Under the pieces are notes generated by a model. That model saw only the letters and a program-made list of their open reading frames with translations, was not told where the DNA came from and searched no databases. A program made the position numbers and the translations under genes. A stretch of 62,905 nt of DNA, filler included, from Octopus bimaculoides (taxonomy: Eukaryota): assembly GCF_001194135.2 (NCBI RefSeq). It is 6 parts of 6 records of this genome, joined end to end, with 100 filler letters (N's around TTAATTAATTAA, not from the genome) between each part and the next. Parts side by side here need not be neighbours in the genome. Positions count along the whole stretch, not along the records: positions 1 to 27,193 come from NC_068998.1; 5 more parts are not named here. One strand, given 5' to 3'. Positions 14,101 to 24,398 of the stretch are shown piece by piece. The stretch's first letter is position 1, and each line of letters opens with the position of its first letter.

Positions 14101-17100
14101 GAAAATCCTCAGGTGGTTTGTGCAACCGCATATGTGATATCTTGGCTTTTTGCTATCATTCATCACACACAGTTGAAAACCACCTGAGAGATTGATCGAA
14201 TCTGGGATGGCTTCCATATTTTCTTGATTTGTCTGAGCCAATAGCGTCATTCCTTGAGCCGACTAATTTTTCTTCTGAAGCCTGTACACGTGCAATATGC
14301 TCATTCCCCACCCCCTGTATCTAGCAAAATAGCCGCTACTCGCCGGCAAATATCCATTTCTTGTGGAACATTGACCACCTTTATTTTTATCACTCTTCGT
14401 CGTTCTGTCTTTATTTATCGGTACCCGAAGGATGGAAAACAAAAATAATATGGCTGAGTCATTTGAACTTAACTAAACACAGCATTTTATCCAGTGCGCT
14501 TCCCTTTCTTGCATGTACCACTTGAATGTTGTCACAATTATAATGCAGCGAGCTGGCAGAGTCGTTAGTGTTAGAAAAATCGTTTTGTATGCGTAAGTCT
14601 AAATTTGTCTTTTAATGTATTTTATGACGCATCTTACCAACTCCTTTCGCAATTTGTAAACGTCCAAGCGTATTTTGCCTCACTCCATATTGTTCTCTCT
14701 TTCTTTGTAACTGTCAGAGTAAGTTTCATATCTTTTGTATCTACTTGATTGACTAATAAAGAATTAAGATAATTATTGTCGTCATCATCGTCTTCGTTTA
14801 GATTTGTGACTATGCAAATTATTAGTATCAACATGATAAAGGGTTTCTAATTTAGGCACAAGGCCAGCTAATTTGAAGCGAGGTGTTTAGTCGATACTGT
14901 CTACTCCAGTATGAGACTGGTACTTTATTTTATTTTATCGATCCCGAAAGTATGAAAGGCAAAGTTTACCTCGGAGGAATTTGTACTCAGTACGCAAAGA
15001 GCCGGAACAAATACCGCCAAGCATACTCTAACAATTCCACCAGTCGGCCGCCTTATCATCGTAATAACAGCATTCGATTGTCAGATGTTAGAAACGGGAG
15101 AGAATTAGGCTAAATGCCGTGCTTAGTTACATCCCGTGTCTTCCGTGTTCAAATCCTTCCACCACTGACTAGACTTTTTATCCTTCTGGTTCCGATAAAT
15201 AAAGGTAAGTTTAAAACCCTATGCTCTCCCTTGCCTAAATTGGATTGGATTGCCTAAATTGGATTGCTTCAAAACAATCTCTCCACCAGAGAATGGTTTG
15301 AGATCATACTGGTTTGATGAGCCCATCTACCGTACTGGCTCGACATGGCTTGGCAGAGGGATGCAGTTTTTTAATACTCATATACAGGAGTAGCTAAATC
15401 GATTACACAGACTCCAGTGCTTTACTGATACATAAATATCGCCTAAATACTTACAGTTACATACTAAGATTCATAGAACACTTCTTCCAAATTTTAAATT
15501 CATAATTAGCAGCAACAATATTATCTATAATTTTTTATATTTTTTTCTTCCTCTCTCTCTTTTTCTCGCTCTAATATTAGGTGCTGGACTTGCTTTCTTG
15601 TATGGACCTAGCACAGTTATCCTGAGTACCTACTTTAACCGCTACCTTGGCACAGCAAATGCGATAGCTGCTTGTGGAGTTAGCGTCGGACAATTCATCT
15701 TCCCGTATTTAATCAACTACCTTATAATAACCTACGGAGTCCGTGGAGCTCTTCTTCTGGATGCTGGTATTTGTCTACAATGTCTTGTTTTTGGCGCCCT
15801 TCTACGTCCCATCAGTTGCTACGACACAACAACACGTTCGAAAGTCATCAATTCTACCGATGTAGAGCTAAATGATAGAAATACGACTGCTAAAGGAGGA
15901 AAACAAACTGAATCGATGAAACTACAATCAGACGATGAAGGAGAAATCTCTCCGTTTTTGACGGACTCAAAAGACAGAAATAGCTGTGGAAATGTTAACT
16001 TGCAATCGGTGGAACTAAGTGAGTCGTTTGTTTTAAAAGGAAAAGATTGTGCTTATTCAAGTGAAAAATCTTCCTGTGAGATAAAGGAAAGCATCACAGA
16101 AAATGACGCCAAAACGCATTCAGAACGTTTATTTGATGGACTTAGAAGAAACTTGCAAAAATGTTTGGCTGCTGCAGATTTAACTCTGTTCCAGGAAAAA
16201 GTATTCCTCTGTGGATATATTGGAATAATTCTTGGGAACACCGTTTCCGCCATACCATTAACGTATTTTCCAGCTCACGCTATAGACTTAGGCTTATCCA
16301 CTGAGGACGGTGCTACTTTTCTGACAGTTGCTGGGGTAACCAATTTTGCGGGTCGTCTGTTAATGGTTTTCTTGGCTGACCGAAGGTCTTTGAATCGTGG
16401 TCGAATGCTTGGCGTTACCCTCATCATTCATGGAATAGCTGCTTGTTTTATATCATACTACACCAAATTCCTGCTATTCGTTATATATTGCGCCTGCAAT
16501 GGGCTCGCTACTGGCTTATATTTTTCAATTTCAATCACAGTTATGGTGGATCTTATTGGATCTCAAAGAATGTCGGGCGCAATGGGCTTCATTATATTTG
16601 GAAATGGAATATTAGGAACAGTAGCATATTCTTTTTGTGGTAAGTATTTCTTCTGGGCTATTTTTCATATTCTTTTAAGCTATCTGCATTTTAAAAGATT
16701 TTGTTTTAAAAATCTAGTTAAACTCCTTCAAACCAAATCTACATTCTAGCTTCAGTTCTCCATCGAAATCGTTCTACTTCGTTAATTCTCTCGATAAAAA
16801 GGTACGAACAATTCTAGATAGCACATTGAACTAGCACAGAGACATAATCAATAGAGCAATTGAACACCTGAAAATCTTGTCGCTGGGTGGAATTTCGTAA
16901 TACAAAACGTATTTTTGCCCCAGTGTTTCCACGTTCATTGACTTCTACGTGACAAGCACTCAATAGCAGAAGAGGTTTCGAGTTTTGGAACTCCACATTA
17001 CAGAAAGATTTTCGGGACACAACGCTTCCGCACATCGGAAGATGCTTGTGTACATAGTTTTAATGGTGATTGATTGGAGATATCGGTAGAACATTGGCAC

Positions 17101-17964
17101 TTAATTGTGTCGGCTTATGTTCTATTCTCAAATTCAACCGTGACGGACTTTGCTTTCCAGTTCCCTGTAGTCTTTCCAATAACTACCCATTAAATTCTGA
17201 GCCAAAATCAAGATGTGTCTTATCTGAGATATGACATTTAGTTGCTTCCTTTTTTGTTCTGAATTCGAATCCTACCAAAGACGACTCTGCTTTCACGTTT
17301 CAAGATCTCTATAACAGTCGATATAATTTCAGTTTCCTCCAACATGTGTTACCATATACCTGCACTAGAAATCAGTTCTATGTTATATATCTCCCAGTAT
17401 TCTGCTATGGGTGAAGGTACGTGGCTTAGTGGTTAACGTATTCGGCTCACGATCGTAAGATTGTGAGTTCAAATCTACGGTGGCGCGTTGTGTCCTTGAG
17501 CAAGACACTTTATTTCATGTTGCTCCAGCCCACTCAGCTGGCAAAAAAGATTTGGGTCTGTGTTTCAAAGAGGTCAACCTTTGACACGTTCTGTGTCACG
17601 CTGAAACTGCCTGAGAATTATGTTGTGGGTATTCGGGTCTGTAGAGCGCTCAGCCACTTGCAAGTTAATTTCACGAGCAGGCTGTTCCGTTGATCGCATT
17701 GACTGGAATACTTTCGGTCGTAACTGACGGAGTGCCAGTTATTCTGCTATGAAATAACAATTTCAATTACCTTTTTTTTCTTTTTTTTTTTAATATATTT
17801 TCTTTATGTAACGTTTGTTTTATTCCACAGGTTACTTTCGTGACGTCACTGGTTCTTACAACCTCGGTTTCCTTTTGAACGGAGTCGGCCTTCTCTTAAG
17901 CGGTACCTTGGTTCTCTTGGCGGCTTTCTTATCGTACAACAAACAATCGAGGGAAGAGCTGTAA
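11017..17964 (+). CDS. SLC16/monocarboxylate transporter family gene (paralog A), 5 coding exons, about 527 aa; member not assignable
   Basis: Exons 11017-11119, 11616-11759, 13126-13269, 15581-16639 and 17831-17964 join in frame through GT-AG phase-1 introns (1584 nt). MCT hallmarks: PIDRGWAW before TM1, RHFGIFF, YFNRYLGTANAIA, GALLRP, large central loop, GRLLMVFLAD, GYFRDVTGSY. Confidence 0.93.
11247..11428 (-). mobile_element. Mariner 3' end fragment in intron 1 of MCT A
   Basis: CGAGGGGGTGCTGAAAAGTTCC TIR-like end; minus strand reads LQGLEKLKDCCNKCVNLRGVCVE*. Confidence 0.75.
11616..11759 (+). CDS. MCT paralog A exon 2 (TM1-TM2)
   Basis: ttttttttatag acceptor, 144 nt, AVTSIMTLVVGNIRHFGIFFLEIQ...SCLT, donor G|gtaagg. 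Confidence 0.9.
11900..12600 (+). mobile_element. Penelope-like element RT fragment (Naiad-type motifs), in intron 2 of MCT A
   Basis: FITIKDHKQNFASNFKYRLINPAKSEIG; FDTVDFYPSISKGLL; IMHARKTVLF; MGSFD..GLYRDD; broken by stops and frameshifts. Confidence 0.85.
13126..13269 (+). CDS. MCT paralog A exon 3 (TM3-TM4)
   Basis: Long pyrimidine tract then tttcaag acceptor, 144 nt, GFVAMNLLAKFISFRTLVLCGSILCS...HILS, donor G|gtaagt. Confidence 0.88.
14038..14400 (-). mobile_element. Zinc-knuckle gag/ORF1-like relic in intron 3 of MCT A
   Basis: KVVNVPQEMDICRRVAAILLD and TLLAQTNQENMEAIPDSINLSGGFQLCVMNDSKKPRYHICGCTNHLRIFC align with the 19715-20272 copy; first Cys of the knuckle is Tyr. Confidence 0.7.
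14845..15056 (-). mobile_element. Family-1 SINE in intron 3 of MCT A
   Basis: GAAAGGCAAAGTTTACCTCGGAGGAATTTGTACTCAG. Confidence 0.7.
15581..16639 (+). CDS. MCT paralog A exon 4 (TM4-TM11 and central loop)
   Basis: ctaatattag acceptor, 1059 nt open, GAGLAFLYGPS...YSFC, donor G|gtaagt; overlaps track ORF 15598..16749. Confidence 0.95.
17413..17741 (+). mobile_element. tRNA-derived SINE family 2 (CORE-like centre), intron 4 of MCT A
   Basis: GTGGCTTAGTGGTTAA A box, GAGTTCAAAT B box, TGTGTCCTTGAGCAAGACACTTT; related copies at 27498-27655 and 46392-46700. Confidence 0.75.
17831..17964 (+). CDS. MCT paralog A exon 5 (TM12 and C-terminus)
   Basis: ttccacag acceptor, GYFRDVTGSYNLGFLLNGVGLLLSG...REEL*. 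Confidence 0.92.
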
Positions 17965-18278
17965 CTGCTATCATTACCGTGGTCAGCATTACTGTGCGCT
18001 TACCGACATATTCCACAACACCGAGAACAACAGATTAGCAGAATTAGAAAACTACACAGCAAAAGTGTTTGCTGCTGGTGTTTCACTTCCTTCACTCTCG
18101 TCATGAATTCAAATCCTGTTGTGGCTGACTTTATTTTATGTCCCTTCGTTCTTGATGAAAATAACAACAAATTAAACCCCGAGAGGACAAGTTCAGCAAA
18201 ATTGAAATAATTTATGGTATTGTGCTGGCAATCACATAATTTATGGTATTGTGCTAACAAAAACTACATTCAGCATCA

Positions 18279-18316
<38 letters not shown>

Positions 18317-19049
18317 NNNNNNNNNNNNNNNNNNNNNNNNNNNNNNNNNNNNNNNNNNNNNNNNNNNNNNNNNNNNNNNNNNNNNNNNNNNNNNNNNNNN
18401 NNNNNNNNNNNNNNNNNNNNNNNNNNNNNNNNNNNNNNNNNNNNNNNNNNNNNNNNNNNNNNNNNNNNNNNNNNNNNNNNNNNNNNNNNNNNNNNNNNNN
18501 NNNNNNNNNNNNNNNNNNNNNNNNNNNNNNNNNNNNNNNNNNNNNNNNNNNNNNNNNNNNNNNNNNNNNNNNNNNNNNNNNNNNNNNNNNNNNNNNNNNN
18601 NNNNNNNNNNNNNNNNNNNNNNNNNNNNNNNNNNNNNNNNNNNNNNNNNNNNNNNNNNNNNNNNNNNNNNNNNNNNNNNNNNNNNNNNNNNNNNNNNNNN
18701 NNNNNNNNNNNNNNNNNNNNNNNNNNNNNNNNNNNNNNNNNNNNNNNNNNNNNNNNNNNNNNNNNNNNNNNNNNNNNNNNNNNNNNNNNNNNNNNNNNNN
18801 NNNNNNNNNNNNNNNNNNNNNNNNNNNNNNNNNNNNNNNNNNNNNNNNNNNNNNNNNNNNNNNNNNNNNNNNNNNNNNNNNNNNNNNNNNNNNNNNNNNN
18901 NNNNNNNNNNNNNNNNNNNNNNNNNNNNNNNNNNNNNNNNNNNNNNNNNNNNNNNNNNNNNNNNNNNNNNNNNNNNNNNNNNNNNNNNAACGGCACCACA
19001 ACCAGAAACTCTACTGAGACACACAGAAAACACAAGAACAAAAGTGACA

Positions 19050-19330
19050 GTCGCGGTTTCGCATCCGCTGCCAGACGGAGCAAAGTTGCTCGTGATAGTG
19101 GAGGGGCGTAAACCCAGGTGCTACCTATGTGGACAGGAAGACCATTTCAAAGCCTTCTGTCCACTGGGAGCAAGAGATAAAAACTGCCCTCCCCCAGCAA
19201 AGGCGGCACCTCAACAAACAGTCAACGCAAGATGCGTCACAAGTCTTCCCACCACCAACCGAAACAGCCAAGGGACACTAAACGTAAGTGTCGAGGATTT
19301 AGAAAAGTTCAACAACCAAATACAAAGAAG
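19050..19330 (+). mobile_element. Zinc-knuckle gag/ORF1-like fragment
   Basis: LPDGAKLLVIVEGRKPRCYLCGQEDHFKAFC (C-x2-C-x4-H-x4-C). Confidence 0.75.
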
Positions 19331-19429
19331 TGGCATAAATGTATTATTAACCCTGCCTTGATAAATTACACAACACACAGCACGAAAAAACAGTCATCTA
19401 CAAAACATTATCCCTAAAAAGCAGGAAAA

Positions 19430-19560
19430 TAGAGAAAGAACAAATAGAGACGTGTTTAAACCCGGTTTGGAATAGAATCACGTACAGTCGGCGAGTCTCC
19501 AATGTAAGAATCGGGGAAATACCCTCAGAAGTGGACATTTGCTGGGTTACTGCGTTTTCA
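19430..19560 (+). mobile_element. Third fragment of the same gag/ORF1-like family (diverged subfamily)
   Basis: RRVSNVRIGEIPSEVDICWVTAF versus RRGSKVKIGEVPPEIDVQWVVTV in the next copy. Confidence 0.55.
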
Positions 19561-19714
19561 CGATCCACCCAGAATACTCCCCTTTTTGGGAACCACGTTT
19601 GTCTTTATATTTACATCTGAAACTTTTAGCTTTTTACCTTTTGTTAAAACTGTGTACACGTTTTTTGTATGACCCCACCCCCAACTCGTTTGTCCTGAAT
19701 CGTCCCTCTATGTT

Positions 19715-20750
19715 TTGGGGAGAAATCAATTACGTGGCCAGAGGGGAAAATATGGCACTGTGGAGGTGAGGTTCGCTTCAGAAGACGAAACAAAAGAACA
19801 TTTTACAGTCACCCTAGAAACGAACGAACTAGTGATGCTGCCGGCCTACTTGGGTCGAAGAGGGTCGAAAGTAAAAATTGGGGAGGTTCCCCCAGAGATT
19901 GACGTCCAGTGGGTAGTGACAGTGGTCATGCTTGATATAGAGGATCAAATAAACATCTTACACGTAAACAAACTGCACCAACAGAACTGGTGGGGACAGG
20001 AGCTTGAAATGCTAATTCAAGCAAACTAGAGGGACCTCGAGTATATTCCAGACCTGATAAACTTGCCAGACGGAGCAAAGTTGCTCGTGATAGTGGAGGG
20101 GCGTAGACCCAGGTGCTACCTATGTGGACAGAAAGACCATTTCAAAGCCTTCTGTCCACTGGGAGCAAGAGATAAAAACTGCCCTCCCCCAGCAAAGGCG
20201 GCACCTCAACAAACAGTCAACGCAAGATGCGTCACAAGTCTTCCCACCACCAACCGAAACAGCCAAGCCTGAACAACTCATAGACCAGTTATCAACTTTC
20301 ACAGCAGAGAAGATCGCTACAGACCAGTTAACACCAATAGAGACAAATGCACACCCAAAGAAAAAGTATCGCTTTGCGCAGAACTAACCATCGAAACAGC
20401 GACCTCAACTCCTTTGAAAGAAACCCAATCATCCAACCTAAAGGATCTATCACCTACCCAGTTGGACACTGTTGGACCCAAGGAAGCCAACAGCAAGGAC
20501 TGGAGATACCCAAAAGAAAAAAAAAGAAGAAAAGTATCCACCACAACACAGACACCCAACCACCACCACACATATATTACCTACACCACCAGCACCGCAC
20601 GCCAAACGCACAGTCACAAACTTCACAGCCATGAACGTTACAAACACATCTCTCATGAAACACATACAACACAACATAGACATTGCACCAACCAATCTTA
20701 TTAGCACGCTACCGCATACAAGCACATACAAATAGTAAAAATAAACAATG
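19715..20750 (+). pseudogene. Longest zinc-knuckle gag/ORF1-like copy, disrupted
   Basis: Track ORFs 19715..20029 and 20063..20272 share a frame and are split by TAG 20027-20029; CCHC at 20114-20155; basic/Thr-rich tail (PKEKKRRKVS) in shifted frames; AATAAA at 20740; no RT follows. Confidence 0.7.
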
Positions 20751-21240
20751 ACCAACGCATGTTTCGAGTTTTTTTACTCTTGTCAATGAGATGTACATAA
20801 GAGAGGCAACTCTGAAGGAACATAATAAAGCTATGGCTTTATGTATGATTTAGTCAACACGTCTCGTTTTGCGGGTTTTTCTTTTCCGGGTTATTTCGCA
20901 TGCTTCCAACAAATGTGACATTGAAATCACGCGTAAACGGCTCCTTTCCCTAGAAAAGGAACGACTTGGCTGGTATTTCTTGCACGCCTTGCTACCACGT
21001 AACAGGTATTTCGGGTCCTTTATGGCAAATAGCTGTTACGTGGTAGCAGTGCGTGCTAGCAATAGCAGCCAAATCTTTCGAGGTGAGATACGTTGAATGC
21101 ACTTGCAAAGAAACCTATACAAAAAATTATTTCACACGGAGGTATTGAACAGGTCTGTTACGAAATGTTTTCCGTATTTTTTAAGATATTTTCACTTTAA
21201 TATATTTTTTAAATATACCAAAAATAATTTTTTTAATGGT

Positions 21241-21415
21241 ATTCACTTGAAAATAATTTTAAAAACATTAAAATATTGTCTGTTTAAAGAAAGCTAAAAT
21301 ATAAATACTTATTGTACAAACAACTTACATTTTTGAAACCACATTCACTTAAAAATATTTCTAAATGATTAAAATATTGTGTTTAGCAAAAGCGAAAATA
21401 GAAATATTTATTGTA
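21241..21415. repeat. Diverged tandem duplication, period about 101 bp
   Basis: ATTCACTT.AAAATA.TT.TAAA..ATTAAAATATTGT..TTATTGTA occurs at 21241 and 21342. Confidence 0.7.
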
Positions 21416-22839
21416 AAAAAAACAAATCGTATTTTTTCATTGTCAACTCACTGTGTCTAATCGAAAGGAAAGAGTTTCTTCCCTTCCAGGGTTAAGTTAT
21501 TTTCGGTGAATTTTTCCATTATGCACCGTTTTGGGCATTTATGCCTTGAAAATCCTAATATCTTCACCAGATTTAAGCAGAACTTGTTTTTATTCCATTC
21601 GTNNNNNNNNNNNNNNNNNNNNNNNNNNNNNNNNNNNNNNNNNNNNNNNNNNNNNNNNNNNNNNNNNNNNNNNNNNNNNNNNNNNNNNNNNNNNNNNNNN
21701 NNNNNNNNNNNNNNNNNNNNNNNNNNNNNNNNNNNNNNNNNNNNNNNNNNNNNNNNNNNNNNNNNNNNNNNNNNNNNNNNNNNNNNNNNNNNNNNNNNNN
21801 NNNNNNNNNNNNNNNNNNNNNNNNNNNNNNNNNNNNNNNNNNNNNNNNNNNNNNNNNNNNNNNNNNNNNNNNNNNNNNNNNNNNNNNNNNNNNNNNNNNN
21901 NNNNNNNNNNNNNNNNNNNNNNNNNNNNNNNNNNNNNNNNNNNNNNNNNNNNNNNNNNNNNNNNNNNNNNNNNNNNNNNNNNNNNNNNNNNNNNNNNNNN
22001 NNNNNNNNNNNNNNNNNNNNNNNNNNNNNNNNNNNNNNNNNNNNNNNNNNNNNNNNNNNNNNNNNNNNNNNNNNNNNNNNNNNNNNNNNNNNNNNNNNNN
22101 NNNNNNNNNNNNNNNNNNNNNNNNNNNNNNNNNNNNNNNNNNNNNNNNNNNNNNNNNNNNNNNNNNNNNNNNNNNNNNNNNNNNNNNNNNNNNNNNNNNN
22201 NNNNNNNNNNNNNNNNNNNNNNNNNNNNNNNNNNNNNNNNNNNNNNNNNNNNNNNNNNNNNNNNNNNNNNNNNNNNNNNNNNNNNNNNNNNNNNNNNNNN
22301 NNNNNNNNNNNNNNNNNNNNNNNNNNNNNNNNNNNNNNNNNNNNNNNNNNNNNNNNNNNNNNNNNNNNNNNNNNNNNNNNNNNNNNNNNNNNNNNNNNNN
22401 NNNNNNNNNNNNNNNNNNNNNNNNNNNNNNNNNNNNNNNNNNNNNNNNNNNNNNNNNNNNNNTATATATATATATATATGTATGTATGCATGTATGTATG
22501 TATGTATATATACATTTACATATATATCTATTATGAATATAATAACGCTGAATTTAATTTCTTTGAGTGGCATAATATCACGAAGTCTCCATTTGGTTGA
22601 TCTCGGGATTTAATTGGTTGTTATTTTACCGACACCCTAGGAATGGAAAGAAATGTCAATCACACCCGGATTTGAACTCAGAGCAGGGAAGAGAGTACCG
22701 CCTGCAAACCATTTTGTCCTGTACTCTACTTATTATGTCAATCTGCCGCTGTCCTCGGTGTTATGGAATGTGTCGACAGTGACACAATTGATATTGACCA
22801 TGTTGGTGACAACAATCACAGCTCTTCTATCAATGTTTC

Positions 22840-22949
22840 TTATACGGGTATAAAGGTCGCCACGAGAAACGAAGCACCGCTTATGAGTAGGCAGACACCG
22901 TTCAGAATGAACCCAAGATTGTAAGAACCAGTGACGTCACGAAGGTAAC
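22840..22949 (-). CDS. SLC16/MCT paralog B terminal exon
   Basis: ttattccacag acceptor identical to A; GYLRDVTGSYNLGFILNGVCLLISGASFLVATFIPV*. Confidence 0.9.
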
Positions 22950-24354
22950 CTGTGGAATAATTTAAATAAAACAAACGTTACTCACACAGAATATATTTTA
23001 GAAAAAGAAAAAGGTAATTGAAATTGTTAGTTCATAGCAGATTAATGAGGAATAAATTACGAGAACTGATTTCCTGCGCACGTACATGGTAACATATGCT
23101 TGTGAAGGAAAAGGTAGAATTATATTGACTGATGTCTATTTTATTGATATCTTGAAATGAGAAAGGCAGAGTCAGCTTTGGTAGGATTCGAACCAGTTTA
23201 AAACGCAAATACTGTTATTAGATGGGAAATATCTTGATTTTGTTCCTCCGGAAATTTGATTTGTAGTGACTGAGGAGATTGTGGAGAATTGAAAAGCAAA
23301 TTTAACCACGGTAGGATCTGAATATAGACCATGTTACGAGGTGTAGTTAATTGTGGTCAAGATAGACATTGGATGAAAGATATGAGATGTTGGTAGTTGA
23401 ATTGGGTTCTGGTTGCGTATCATGAATGCACAACACACGCAAACAATTAACAGAATTTTATTTCACTGCACAAATATTTTCCATGCTGGTCATGAATTAA
23501 AAATGCAGCAACAAAGTTTACACGCTGAAAAGGGCCATTCTGTAGCTCTTTCGAATAACTGATTAAGAAGGCTCTGTAATTATGCTGCCAAGACAGGAGA
23601 CAATCTATACACTTGGTTTATGTTGGCGAACTTGAGCAGCTGTCTAGGTTGAGTAAAAGTCATGAGAAGGGCGGCTAAAAGCAGTAAAATGAGAATCTGA
23701 CCAACTTAGCTACAGACGGCCACAAACTGAAGCATGAGGTGAGATGTGTGAAATGAACTGGCCGGTCTCTGCGCAAATAAGCTTGTCGTAAGTGGGGACG
23801 CATTTCGCTCAGCTGTCCTCGACCCTCTGCAGTGATGACGCTAAAAGAATGCCTATTTATAAATCTCATAAAAGAACAATCTAGCAGATTCTAGAACGAT
23901 GCATCACGTGATGTTTCGATGTTGATTAGTCCATATATCGGCCGATCACGTGAAATGTCAGTTGCTAGGCCGTGATTTGAACTTGACAATTTGTCGATTC
24001 GGTTTCGAATCTTGCTACAGACGCAATTAGATAAGACTTCTTAATCTATGACCTTTTAAACTATACATACTCTTGGTTACCAAAGCGTTGTGTCCCAAAA
24101 ATATTTCTATAATCTGTATTTCCATAACTCGAAATTTATTGTTCTGTTGACTTCCTGTTATATGGAAATCAATTAACGTGAAAGCAGCGGGATTTTCAGG
24201 TGTTCAATGCGTTCGAATGCGTAGGAAATGCCTTTATTAAAATGCCTCTCTTTTCCTTTACTCTCTCATCCCATCTATGTTCTGATCCCCGTTCCTTGTA
24301 GGTATGCTCTGGCACTTGGTCACCATGGCTTTCATGCTCTCTTTTGCCCTCTTG

Positions 24355-24393
<39 letters not shown>

Positions 24394-24398
<5 letters not shown>

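Noticed and set aside
16640-16749. Read-through tail of track ORF 15598..16749 (and 25177-25307 for B) as the protein C-terminus
   Set aside because: Both have a G|GTAAGT donor at the same position and a conserved downstream exon; the tails are intronic.
17953-17964. C-terminal REEL of MCT A as a KDEL-like ER retrieval signal
   Set aside because: MCT C-termini are cytosolic, and KDEL receptors read luminal tails.
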